Shown here piece by piece: positions 1 through 8,068 of a stretch of 37,744 bases of DNA. The translations under genes and the position numbers were made by a program. The stretch spans positions 1 to 37,744 of IMG/VR virus record IMGVR_UViG_3300010033_000003; one strand, written 5' to 3'. This DNA comes from a virus. The number at the start of each line of letters is the position of its first letter. Position 1 is the first letter of the stretch. A model generated the notes under the pieces. That model was not told where the DNA came from. It did not search any database and was given only the letters and a program-made list of their open reading frames with translations.

Positions 1-123
1 ATAATTCTAAAACTGTTATTAAAACTCTACGTATGTTAGGTGATGTTGCCGCAGGTGATCAACACAGATTGGATGCTTTAACTTTAGCTTTTGCACAATC
101 ACAAGCTGCGGGAAGATTATTAG
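1..123. repeat. Terminal direct repeat, identical to 37622-37744 (circular-closure overlap)
   Basis: ATAATTCTAAAACTGTTATT...GCGGGAAGATTATTAG is read at both window ends. Joining them keeps the tape measure ORF in frame. Confidence 0.9.
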
Positions 124-1163
124 GTCAAGACCTTTTACAATTTGTTAACGCAGGTTTTAATCCTTTACAAATCATTGCAAAAAAGACAGGTAAGGAAATG
201 CTTGATCTTAAAAAAATGATGGAAAAAGGACTAGTTCCATTTAAACTTATTAGAAAAGCTTTTGAGGCAGCCACTTCAAAAGGTGGTGATTTCTATAGAT
301 TTACTCAAAAAATGTCAACCACAATGGCAGGACGATGGTCTACGGCTATGGGAAAAGGTAAAGCCGCTATAGGTGAATTAGGTTTAGTATTAAAACCTAT
401 ATTTTTAAAATTTATAAACAATGCAATAAAGGCTATAGACAGAATACGAGATTTTATAGACGGAAATAAAGAATTAATAAGAACTATAGCAAAATTGACG
501 ATTAAAATAGGTGGTACAATTTTAGCTTTAAAAGGTTTGCGATTTGCGTTTTTTGGTGCATGGACTGCAATAAAAAAGAATCCAATTGGTCTTTTGATAG
601 CTGCTTTTGTTTCATTAGATACTTATCTTCAAAAAACATCAAAAGGAACTTTTTCAATTGTAACGGGGTTAAAATTGTATTGGGCTGAATTGAAATTTGG
701 TTTTAGGACTTTAAGTAGCTTTTTTGCAAAAACTGGAAATATATTATCAAACGTTTTTAAAGGCATAGAACAAGGAATGTTCGGAAATCTAAAGTCTGCT
801 AAAATGTACTTTAAAAATGTTAAAAATATAGCTCAAGGCATATTTAAAGTTGACAAAACAAGTAGACAGCAGTACGAAAGAGAAGTATTGGCTATTATGG
901 AAAAAGCCAAAAAAACTGCTATAAAAATGCCTAGTGTCGGAGGAGTTACCCCAGAATTTGACTTTAATTTTTCGGATGAAATGAAAAAGCTGCAAGCCGA
1001 GGGCGTTGTTTCTGGAAAAATTCAAACATTCAATATTAATATTAATAGTTTGACGGGTGTTGGCACTTTATCTACTACAAACGTTACAGAAGGAGGAGCA
1101 GCAGCGGGACAAGCTGTAGTAGATGTATTGTTAAAAACTTTATCTGATATAAGACCGATTTAA
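1..1163 (+). CDS. Tail tape measure protein, C-terminal part (codon phase starts at base 3)
   Basis: Same frame as 37291 once the 123-nt overlap is collapsed. It has hydrophobic and coiled segments, and the stop is at 1161-1163. Confidence 0.8.
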   Translation, partial: NSKTVIKTLRMLGDVAAGDQHRLDALTLAFAQSQAAGRLLGQDLLQFVNAGFNPLQIIAKKTGKEMLDLKKMMEKGLVPFKLIRKAFEAATSKGGDFYRFTQKMSTTMAGRWSTAMGKGKAAIGELGLVLKPIFLKFINNAIKAIDRIRDFIDGNKELIRTIAKLTIKIGGTILALKGLRFAFFGAWTAIKKNPIGLLIAAFVSLDTYLQKTSKGTFSIVTGLKLYWAELKFGFRTLSSFFAKTGNILSNVFKGIEQGMFGNLKSAKMYFKNVKNIAQGIFKVDKTSRQQYEREVLAIMEKAKKTAIKMPSVGGVTPEFDFNFSDEMKKLQAEGVVSGKIQTFNININSLTGVGTLSTTNVTEGGAAAGQAVVDVLLKTLSDIRPI

Positions 1164-1164
1164 T

Positions 1165-2253
1165 ATGTTAACAAACAATCAACGTATAACAATAAACGGG
1201 CGCGTTTTGCCTTACGTGCAATCGGTTGAAATTGTAAGTTCAAGAAACAATTTTACTGATACGTGCGAAATAAAAATAAACAACAGAATCCCTGGTTCAA
1301 ATCAAAAAATTTCTGATTTGATTGAGCTAGGGAGTGAAGTTGTTGTACAATTGGGTTATGAACCTGAATTGGTTGAAGAATTTCGAGGTTATGTTTCTCA
1401 AGTTATACCAGAATTGACATGTGTTATAAGATGTGAAGATGAAGCGTACTTGTACAAAAGGGAAAGTGTTGGTGAGGATACTGTTGTTAAAAAAACAAAT
1501 ATTGTTAACATGATGACTGAAGTCCTTGAGAATTTAGGCGCTGTTTCTGCACCTATACCAGTGGCGGGAGCTGACTCAGATGTACAAATGATTCAGGGAA
1601 CTATTGCGGGAAGAACTTTGAATATTTTTATTCATAATTCAAACATTGGCGATTGGAAAATTTCTAAAACATCAACTATCATCGACGTAATTGCAGAATT
1701 ACAAGATAAGTTTAGATTGTATTGTTATTTTAGAGGCAGGGATCTTATTATAGATGCCAATGCAGATCAAACGCCAAAGCGAGTAGTTCGAGCACATTTT
1801 CAAAGAAATGTACCTGTTGGGCAAAGCTCTTTTAACTTTAAACAAAGTCAAGCCGATAGGATTGTGGTAAAAGCCACAAATATAACCCGTGCGGGCGTTG
1901 TGCAGGAAGTTTATGCATTTTATGAAGGTACACCACAAAGGATAAGATTTACGCGCGTAAAACCTACGTCAGGCAGTATAAATGAATTCAACATCGGAGG
2001 ACAAACCGATTTTTCAATTTCAGATTTACAGCATTTGGCACGCAGAAGGCTTGAAGCTTTATCTTTTACGGGTTGTGATGGATCGATAACAATTTACGGA
2101 CAACCTTCAGCGCGTCACGGTGATATTTGTCAAGTAATTGACGACGTTGTACCAGAAAAAAACGCAAATTACGCTATTGTTGAAGTAAGAAAGCGTTTTG
2201 GCGTAGGAATAGGATATAGACAAGAATTATTATTGGGAATAACTTTAGGATAA
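1165..2253 (+). CDS. Baseplate hub protein (P2 gpD / Mu gp44-like)
   Basis: 362 aa, directly after the tape measure and before the V-like and W-like genes. Size and position match gpD/gp44. No decisive motif was read. Confidence 0.5.
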   Translation: MLTNNQRITINGRVLPYVQSVEIVSSRNNFTDTCEIKINNRIPGSNQKISDLIELGSEVVVQLGYEPELVEEFRGYVSQVIPELTCVIRCEDEAYLYKRESVGEDTVVKKTNIVNMMTEVLENLGAVSAPIPVAGADSDVQMIQGTIAGRTLNIFIHNSNIGDWKISKTSTIIDVIAELQDKFRLYCYFRGRDLIIDANADQTPKRVVRAHFQRNVPVGQSSFNFKQSQADRIVVKATNITRAGVVQEVYAFYEGTPQRIRFTRVKPTSGSINEFNIGGQTDFSISDLQHLARRRLEALSFTGCDGSITIYGQPSARHGDICQVIDDVVPEKNANYAIVEVRKRFGVGIGYRQELLLGITLG

Positions 2254-2798
2254 TGGAAATAAATAGTTCATCAAAACCGTTTTCGTCAAACAAAATGACG
2301 CCCGCCGAAATACTGAAGGCGATTTTTGACTCTTATATGATGGGTGAAGAAATGTATCATCGAATAGGAATTGTTACCGCTGTAAATTTAGCAGAATCTA
2401 CATGTACGGTTAACATAGCAAACGGTGATACTTTCGAGGATATAAGATTACAACAATTAAATACTGAATTAGGTTTGATAATTGTTCCCGCATTGCAAAA
2501 GCCTGTTTTAGTAGGATGGAGCGACAAAACTACGGGATTTGTAGCTATGTATTCAGATATTCAGGAAATCGTATTTCAGAACGGAACATTTGGTGGTTTG
2601 ATAAAAATTTCCGAAATTACTAGTAAGCTAAATGAATTAGTAGCAAAAGTGAACGAAATTAATACATCTTTGAAAAATCATACGCACACGAGCGCGGCAT
2701 CGGGATCGCCTACATCGGCACCAGTTCCCGCAATTACAATAACAGACGCAGACGATTTCGATAAAGATGATTACGAAAACTTAAATTTTAAACACTAA
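2253..2798 (+). CDS. Baseplate spike (P2 gpV / Mu gp45-like)
   Basis: N-terminal OB-like segment GIVTAVNLAESTCTVNIANGD. The C-terminal NHTHTSAASGSPTSAP resembles the P2 gpV apex HTHKHPGDSGGTTGSP. Confidence 0.6.
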   Translation: MEINSSSKPFSSNKMTPAEILKAIFDSYMMGEEMYHRIGIVTAVNLAESTCTVNIANGDTFEDIRLQQLNTELGLIIVPALQKPVLVGWSDKTTGFVAMYSDIQEIVFQNGTFGGLIKISEITSKLNELVAKVNEINTSLKNHTHTSAASGSPTSAPVPAITITDADDFDKDDYENLNFKH

Positions 2799-3139
2799 TG
2801 TCGATACAACACGGGGATATAGTTTTAAATAGCGACAGTGAAATTCAAGCTGTAAACGGCGATTTAGTTACGGGTAATGCAATAGAGCAACATGTCGGCG
2901 CAATTGTGAACGCTCACGTTGGTAATTTTAGAAGATATCCAACACTAGGCGCAAACTTAGACCTTGATCAAGATTCACCGTTAAACTCGCGCCAAATCGC
3001 TTCAAAAGTAACAAACGCTTTAAATCTTGACGGTTGGGTTGTGGATCAATTATTCATAGATCAAGTGAATCAAGAAGAAATAAGAGTCACTATTGGAGAA
3101 GCTAGAAAAGTTACGGATGAAACTCAAAGTTTGATATAA
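2798..3139 (+). CDS. Baseplate wedge protein (gpW / gp25-like)
   Basis: 113 aa, the same size as P2 gpW. IEQHVGAIVNAHVGNFRRYPTLGANL resembles the gpW I.Q.IG.IL....G.R....YG..L segment. ATGA-type overlap with the upstream gene. Confidence 0.45.
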   Translation: MSIQHGDIVLNSDSEIQAVNGDLVTGNAIEQHVGAIVNAHVGNFRRYPTLGANLDLDQDSPLNSRQIASKVTNALNLDGWVVDQLFIDQVNQEEIRVTIGEARKVTDETQSLI

Positions 3140-3450
3140 TGGCAAATTTTACAGTAATAAAAGTTCAAAGTTTAATGGATGTGTGTCTTCAAGTTTACGG
3201 CACATCGCAATTATTGTTTAGGTTAGCCAGTGACAATAATTTATCCATTGACTCAGATATAAGAATAGGTCAAGTTTTAACCTTCGACGAGAATTTAGGA
3301 AATCTTAGAATTAAAAATAAAACAAATAATCAACGATTGGATTACGTTAACCCAGTGCCAGAAAATAGACCAAATGTAGAATACTGGACGGATTCATTTG
3401 GTACAATTTTTACGGATGGTTTAGGAAATCCATGGATTGCAAATACATAA
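3139..3450 (+). CDS. LysM-like tail protein (P2 gpX-like)
   Basis: FTVIKVQSLMDVCLQVYGTSQLLFRLASDNNLSIDSDIRIGQVLTF follows the LysM pattern. Confidence 0.5.
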   Translation: MANFTVIKVQSLMDVCLQVYGTSQLLFRLASDNNLSIDSDIRIGQVLTFDENLGNLRIKNKTNNQRLDYVNPVPENRPNVEYWTDSFGTIFTDGLGNPWIANT

Positions 3451-3454
3451 TCAA

Positions 3455-3826
3455 ATGGCAGATTTATTCAATCAAACACGAAAAACAAGATTAGATCAAA
3501 ACGATAGAATCGCGGTAGGAAAGCCAGGTGAAGCCTTAGCGGAAAATATATTTTTTTCAGATATAAAAGCTCAAATTGGTTCTGAATTGGGTGTGACTGC
3601 ATTTAGAGTGAATATAACTCAAACTGTCACTAATATACCTGTTCAGGGATTATCTGGTACTGATTACGAGATTGTAGTAGATATTTACAGGACTACTCAA
3701 GGAGCTTCGGCTATGGATATGGTAGAAATATCAAACAAATCTACAAGCGGCTTTACCGTGACAATTGCGGATCCTGATTTTAATCAAGGAACATTAATTT
3801 ACAGAATATTAAACTTTAACGTATAA
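3455..3826 (+). CDS. Hypothetical virion/tail protein
   Basis: ATG at 3455 just after the upstream stop. The track start at 3437 is TTG. The ORF is tightly packed in the tail operon. Confidence 0.5.
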   Translation: MADLFNQTRKTRLDQNDRIAVGKPGEALAENIFFSDIKAQIGSELGVTAFRVNITQTVTNIPVQGLSGTDYEIVVDIYRTTQGASAMDMVEISNKSTSGFTVTIADPDFNQGTLIYRILNFNV

Positions 3827-3830
3827 CAGC

Positions 3831-5606
3831 ATGAAAAAGTTTTTAGCTTTATTATGTATTTTGATCTTGACGCTAGGCGTTGAAGCTCAAAGAATAACCC
3901 CAAGATTAAGGGTTACAAATGAATTTTCTATCAAACCAAAAACCTCAGCTCCTACGGGAACTTTAGGAAATGGATATTTTTATATCGACAACAACGGTAT
4001 ACTACATATTCATAATGGAACAAATTGGAGGGATTTCGTTCGTGATTCTACAACAGTAGCAAGGACAAATAGACCTGTTACTTTTCAACAAAATGCAACA
4101 TTTAGCGGCGATGTTACCGTTTCAGGTAATTTCATAAGACAAAATGTTACCGATATCGATGTAAGCGATAATGTTGTTTTACTAAACAGTGGCGAAAGTG
4201 GTTCAGGTGTTACAAGTAGATTCGCAGGTGTTCAAATAGACCGTGGAACGTTAATTGATGAAGGTTTAGTATTTGATGAAAATGATGATACTTGGAAAAT
4301 TGGGGATTTTGAATCATTAAACGGAATGACCGTTTCAAGTACAAATAACACTATTGTTCTGCCTTCTACGGCTTCAACTGTTAATGGTGCTTATCACGGT
4401 ATGCCAATACGAGTTTTTAAAGCAGGTGAAACATCTCAAGTAAGAACTATAATTAATTATTTAGGTTTTTCAAGGACTGCAACGGTTGATGCAAATTGGA
4501 CAACAAATCCAGATAATACATGGAATTTTAGACTCCTCACAAATCAAAATTTAAATCCAATTTATCATCCAGGAAATTCTAATTTAACTACTGTAGATTG
4601 GTCAGCCAGAGATTTGACGGCTTTGGGTGAAATAACTTCTACAGCTTCTGGGGTTAATAATGAGAGATTTGGAAGAAGATCTCTTTCATCTAATACAACA
4701 GGAGATTTTATTTCATGTTTTGGAATTAATACACTTAGAAATAACACTACTGGTGAATATAATAGTGCTTTTGGATATGATGCTTTAAATAGTAATACCA
4801 CTGGTGATGATAATAGTGTTTTTGGATATGATGCTTTAAGTAGTAATACCACTGGTGATGATAATAGTGCTTTTGGAAGTGATGTTTTAGATAGTAATAC
4901 TACTGGTAGAAGTAATTCAGCTTTTGGATCAAGTGCTTTTGGTACACTTACTTCAGGAGATCTTAATTGTTCTTTTGGTTTTAATTCTGGTCGTACAGTT
5001 TTTTCTCATGTTATGAATAGATGTACTTTTTTAGGGGCATCAACAAGATCAGCTGCAACGCAGATAATTGAAAACTCAACCGCAATTGGATATGAATCAA
5101 CTATAACTAAATCCAATCAAATAGTATTGGGAAACACATCAGTTCAAGAAACATTATTAAACGGTCATAATTTAATGATAGGAAACGGATCAAGTACGAA
5201 TAATAAATCTATCATTGCAAACAATATTGATTCAAATAAACCCGAAATACGTTATAATGAAACGAGCGATAGATGGCAGGTTTCAAATAACGGTACAACA
5301 TTTACAAATATTGGATCAGGAGACACTTACACTGCTACTGTTACTCTTTCAGGTTGGAATATGGATGCGGATGCCTCTGTAACTGTTGGATTACCTACAG
5401 GCGTAACCGTTAATATGATAAAAGGAATTACATTTAATATTCGAAATGATGATAACAATATAGTTGTTGATTTTGATGCAATAAATGTATCTATTTCTGG
5501 ATCTATGATAACAGTAAGTAGAAGGGATGGTTCAACTTATGATTCAATTGACTTTAATAACACAATAGGGTTAAGAGGACATATTGTACTTCAAGTTCAA
5601 AATTAA
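3831..5606 (+). CDS. Tail fibre/adhesin-like protein with an N-terminal signal peptide and YadA-head-like repeats
   Basis: MKKFLALLCILILTLGVEA|Q signal-like N-terminus. About five NTTGDDNSAFGYDAL.S repeats resemble trimeric-autotransporter head repeats. Last gene of the tail block. Confidence 0.6.
   Translation: MKKFLALLCILILTLGVEAQRITPRLRVTNEFSIKPKTSAPTGTLGNGYFYIDNNGILHIHNGTNWRDFVRDSTTVARTNRPVTFQQNATFSGDVTVSGNFIRQNVTDIDVSDNVVLLNSGESGSGVTSRFAGVQIDRGTLIDEGLVFDENDDTWKIGDFESLNGMTVSSTNNTIVLPSTASTVNGAYHGMPIRVFKAGETSQVRTIINYLGFSRTATVDANWTTNPDNTWNFRLLTNQNLNPIYHPGNSNLTTVDWSARDLTALGEITSTASGVNNERFGRRSLSSNTTGDFISCFGINTLRNNTTGEYNSAFGYDALNSNTTGDDNSVFGYDALSSNTTGDDNSAFGSDVLDSNTTGRSNSAFGSSAFGTLTSGDLNCSFGFNSGRTVFSHVMNRCTFLGASTRSAATQIIENSTAIGYESTITKSNQIVLGNTSVQETLLNGHNLMIGNGSSTNNKSIIANNIDSNKPEIRYNETSDRWQVSNNGTTFTNIGSGDTYTATVTLSGWNMDADASVTVGLPTGVTVNMIKGITFNIRNDDNNIVVDFDAINVSISGSMITVSRRDGSTYDSIDFNNTIGLRGHIVLQVQN
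4692..4930 (+). repeat. Tandem ~54-nt (18-aa) coding repeats inside the fibre gene
   Basis: AATACCACTGGTGATGATAATAGTG(C/T)TTTTGGATATGATGCTTTAA(A/G)TAGT is repeated with decay at both ends. Confidence 0.8.
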
Positions 5607-5653
5607 AATAAAAATAAAGTCAATATTGACACAAAACAATTAAATCATTTATC

Positions 5654-5803
5654 ATGGTTAAAAAAGAATTTTGGCACATGTGCCCAGATCCCGAAGATGA
5701 TCCACCAACAAACGGTGGAAACAATAACGGAGGAAACAACAATGGAGGAAACAACAATGGACATAAGCCAGGCGAAAAAGATCCACCTCCTAAAACAAAT
5801 TAA
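5654..5803 (+). CDS. Candidate 49-aa micro-ORF with a (GGNNN)x3 core
   Basis: ATG 5654, TAA 5801-5803. Translation: MVKKEFWHMCPDPEDDPPTNGGNNNGGNNNGGNNNGHKPGEKDPPPKTN. Absent from the ORF track. Other frames are also open across the repeat. Confidence 0.3.
   Translation: MVKKEFWHMCPDPEDDPPTNGGNNNGGNNNGGNNNGHKPGEKDPPPKTN
5714..5761. repeat. 15-nt tandem repeat x3 (GGAGGAAACAACAAT)
   Basis: Read directly. It explains the simultaneous open frames on both strands here. Confidence 0.85.
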
Positions 5804-5807
5804 TACA

Positions 5808-6194
5808 ATGGAACAAATTAAAAATATTTTTAATAAGTTTTGGATAGTTTTACTTGTGGGGATGTACTTCATCCTTACAAGTATCTATAATGAATTAGGA
5901 GTTTTCCGAGTTGTTGAATGGAGTATTTTTATAAAAACAACTAGAGAGTTATTTATAGTATTTCTTCTTATGGGATACTTAAATAAACTTAACAATTCAT
6001 TATCCATACTTACGTGTTTAGGAGCTGTTTCATATTCTTTAGGACTAATTATTTTTCGATTTTATTCTGCAATTTCAGCAAATTTCGATTATAATACGTA
6101 TATTGAGTATATGAAAGATGGAGATATAAGAAATATCTGTTCTTTTTGTTTATTTTTAATTTTTTTAATTATTCATCTAATAAACAAGAAATAA
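5808..6194 (+). CDS. Multi-pass membrane protein (holin candidate)
   Basis: From the MEQIKNIF start there are 3-4 hydrophobic segments (FWIVLLVGMYFILTSIY, LSILTCLGAVSYSLGLIIF, ICSFCLFLIFLIIHLI). It lies upstream of the endolysin. Confidence 0.5.
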   Translation: MEQIKNIFNKFWIVLLVGMYFILTSIYNELGVFRVVEWSIFIKTTRELFIVFLLMGYLNKLNNSLSILTCLGAVSYSLGLIIFRFYSAISANFDYNTYIEYMKDGDIRNICSFCLFLIFLIIHLINKK

Positions 6195-6529
6195 TGGAAA
6201 ATTGGTTTTCCCAAAATATAGGTAAAATTATTACTGCTTTTATGACTGTTGTTTTATTTGCAGGTAGTTTAATTGGCTATATTTATACGCAAGATAAAAA
6301 CGAAAATGCTATAGAGAGGCAGAAAATATATGAAGTTCTTGAAAAGCAAAATTTACTTATTCAAAAGGAGGTAAAGGAACGAAAAAGAGAGGATGAGAAA
6401 TTGAATTCTCTTATTAATATGAAATTAGATCTTCGTGAATTTAATCAATTTGAAAAGCGTTTTGAAAGTATGCAACGAACTACGGAAGAAACAAACCGTG
6501 ATGTGAAACAAATTTTAAAGAAATTTTAA
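6194..6529 (+). CDS. Single-pass membrane protein with a charged coiled C-terminus (holin/antiholin/spanin-like)
   Basis: The start MENWF overlaps the upstream stop (TAATG). Transmembrane segment IGKIITAFMTVVLFAGSLIGYIY, then a K/E-rich tail. Confidence 0.5.
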   Translation: MENWFSQNIGKIITAFMTVVLFAGSLIGYIYTQDKNENAIERQKIYEVLEKQNLLIQKEVKERKREDEKLNSLINMKLDLREFNQFEKRFESMQRTTEETNRDVKQILKKF

Positions 6530-6531
6530 AT

Positions 6532-6924
6532 ATGAGTGTATCAAACGCACAATGGGAATTTTTACAAGATGTTGCAAAGCTTATTGAGTATGCCAAAGTT
6601 TTAGGTTTAAAGCTCACAGGAGGACATTTGTGGCGTTCTGACGCTCAGCAGCTACTTTTCTACTACGGGAAAGATATCGTCGCTAAAAACGGCGAATTAG
6701 AGTTTGTGAAAGCTCCAAAAAGGTCCTGGACTTTAAACAGTGATCATAAACGAAAATTAGCGATTGATTTCAACTTTTTCGATGATGGAAAATATTTGTC
6801 CAAGCCTCAAGAAAATTCAAAAGTGATCAAACTTGCTAGATTTTGGGAAGGTTTGAACTCTAAAAATTATTGGGGTGGTTTCTGGAAGACGCCAGACGCA
6901 CCGCATTTCGGTAGAAAACTTTGA
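6532..6924 (+). CDS. Endolysin, M15 (VanY / L-Ala-D-Glu peptidase-like) metallopeptidase
   Basis: WRSDAQQ, SDHKRKLAIDF (H-x6-D) and WGGFWKTPDAPHF match the zinc-ligand motifs of Peptidase_M15-type phage lysins. Confidence 0.8.
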   Translation: MSVSNAQWEFLQDVAKLIEYAKVLGLKLTGGHLWRSDAQQLLFYYGKDIVAKNGELEFVKAPKRSWTLNSDHKRKLAIDFNFFDDGKYLSKPQENSKVIKLARFWEGLNSKNYWGGFWKTPDAPHFGRKL

Positions 6925-6927
6925 ATT

Positions 6928-7164
6928 ATGGAAACTATTTCGTATATTGTTGCTTTCGGCTTCGGTGTTGCATTGGGTTCGTTTCTATCTTATAAGTTTC
7001 GCAAACCTACAACAGTTAACGAGTACAACGGTACAGTTAAAAATAAAGTTCGCGGAAAAGGAAACGTTCAAAACATCGATCAAAAATTCGAAATTACGCC
7101 GTCAATGTCAAACAAAGAAATTAGACAAACGGTGAGAGATTGTAAACGACAGAGAAGCAATTAA
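6928..7164 (+). CDS. Small single-pass membrane protein (lysis accessory)
   Basis: ISYIVAFGFGVALGSFLSYKF transmembrane segment followed by a basic tail, directly after the endolysin. Confidence 0.5.
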   Translation: METISYIVAFGFGVALGSFLSYKFRKPTTVNEYNGTVKNKVRGKGNVQNIDQKFEITPSMSNKEIRQTVRDCKRQRSN

Positions 7165-7197
7165 TCTGTCAAGTTTTTAATTTTAAATTTTAACAGC

Positions 7198-7545
7198 ATG
7201 AAAAAGCTAGTATTATTTTTATTATTTTTTGGGCTATTTAGCGTTGCTTCATTTGCCCTTAGTGTTGAACCTGTACAACAAGCCGTAGAAGTTGAAAAAA
7301 CTTCATGGATCGTTGAAAACATTGGTTTTTTGACCTCTGGTTTATTCGCATTGTTAACTACTGTATTCGGTAGCAAATTTGCGTTTGTAAGAAAGAAATT
7401 TTTACAATTAATAGATTTGTTGCAGGAGGTGGAAAACGCAACTAAAGACGACAAGATTACCAAAGAGGAAATGAAAAGAATCGTTAATAAAGCAAAAATT
7501 CTTTTAGGTAAGAAGTTGGACGAGGATATAAGCAAAAAAAAGTAG
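7198..7545 (+). CDS. Signal-peptide/membrane protein (spanin-like candidate)
   Basis: MKKLVLFLLFFGLFSVASFA N-terminus, a second hydrophobic segment IGFLTSGLFALLTTVFG and a charged C-terminus. Confidence 0.5.
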   Translation: MKKLVLFLLFFGLFSVASFALSVEPVQQAVEVEKTSWIVENIGFLTSGLFALLTTVFGSKFAFVRKKFLQLIDLLQEVENATKDDKITKEEMKRIVNKAKILLGKKLDEDISKKK

Positions 7546-7549
7546 AGGA

Positions 7550-7759
7550 CTAATCCCCTACTATCAATACTTTAAGCCCTAAAGGCTTTAAAATTTTATT
7601 AACCCTTTCGATACTGTTTGAAAGGGTTTTTTCTTTGTGTTTGTAAGACTGCTCTGCAATTCCTAAAGCTTCACAGTACTTTTTTTTCGTTTTAAACTTC
7701 TTTTTAATTCGAAGTCTAAAGAGCTCCATAGCTCCGATTCTTGCTTCTCCTTCTTTCAT
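7550..7759 (-). CDS. Small XRE/Cro-like HTH protein (69 aa)
   Basis: KKKYCEALGIAEQSYKHKEKTLSNSIERVNKILKPLGL fits an XRE helix-turn-helix. ATGA overlap with the upstream acidic ORF. Confidence 0.6.
   Translation of the reverse strand: MKEGEARIGAMELFRLRIKKKFKTKKKYCEALGIAEQSYKHKEKTLSNSIERVNKILKPLGLKVLIVGD
7601..7636 (+). terminator. Rho-independent terminator of the late/lysis operon
   Basis: AACCCTTTC-N10-GAAAGGGTT is a perfect 9-bp stem followed by TTTTTCTTT. It lies inside the 3' end of the convergent HTH gene. Confidence 0.6.
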
Positions 7760-8046
7760 GATAAATCATCTATTAGTTGAACAATTTCTGTTAAAGTATC
7801 ACACAAGCAAACTGCATCCGCTGAATTACTATCTTGATCGATACATTCACAGGCGTTTGCGGTTATAAATATTTTATCCAATAAATGCTCTGTTAAATCA
7901 GATTCATCTATTTTATCTATCATAGATACTATTTTTTTTAAAGTATCTTCACAATCCTTTGCCTCTTCTGTTTCAAAAGATCCCAATTGTGGCACATCAT
8001 TAGCCTTTTCTCTAATTTCCTGAATTACATCTTTTATATGTCTCAT
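7756..8046 (-). CDS. Highly acidic 96-aa protein, unknown function
   Basis: Start MRHIKD at 8046, downstream of the promoter. 24 D/E versus 9 K/R, and 5 Cys. The track start at 8082 would sit inside the promoter. Confidence 0.6.
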   Translation of the reverse strand: MRHIKDVIQEIREKANDVPQLGSFETEEAKDCEDTLKKIVSMIDKIDESDLTEHLLDKIFITANACECIDQDSNSADAVCLCDTLTEIVQLIDDLS

Positions 8047-8053
8047 AATATTT

Positions 8054-8064
8054 AAATTTGATTC
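8054..8064. repeat. Left arm of an 11-bp inverted repeat (AAATTTGATTC)
   Basis: Perfect reverse complement of 8156-8166. Each arm lies in the 5' leader of one of the two divergent transcripts. Confidence 0.7.
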
Positions 8065-8068
8065 TATA

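Noticed and set aside
1-123. End repeats read as LTR, att sites or physical direct terminal repeats
   Set aside because: The repeat lies inside a coding sequence and restores its frame. This is best explained by circular assembly overlap, and no integrase or transposase is present.
789-1025. Minus-strand track ORFs lying inside long plus-strand genes. Examples: 789-1025, 1699-1938, 4565-4852, 8445-8675, 11006-11278, 11337-11567, 12524-12982, 13912-14288, 15832-16153, 21637-21831, 21874-22167, 22576-23247, 25109-25405, 29618-29857, 30459-30671, 32884-33381, 34847-35101, 36710-36991, 37263-37562.
   Set aside because: They are antisense shadows fully embedded in ORFs that carry recognisable motifs or clear operon context. 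Their sequences are low-complexity and hydrophobic, as expected for AT-rich antisense frames, and they have no start context.
5645-5872. 75-aa minus-strand ORF, and the 5697 start of the 165-aa plus-strand ORF
   Set aside because: Both are open mainly because of the 15-nt tandem repeat. The minus-strand ORF opposes the whole late operon. The 5697 start remains possible but is less parsimonious than 5808.
6875-7135. 86-aa plus-strand ORF overlapping the endolysin 3' end and the 78-aa membrane protein
   Set aside because: It is an out-of-frame overlap with two better-supported genes and has no start context.
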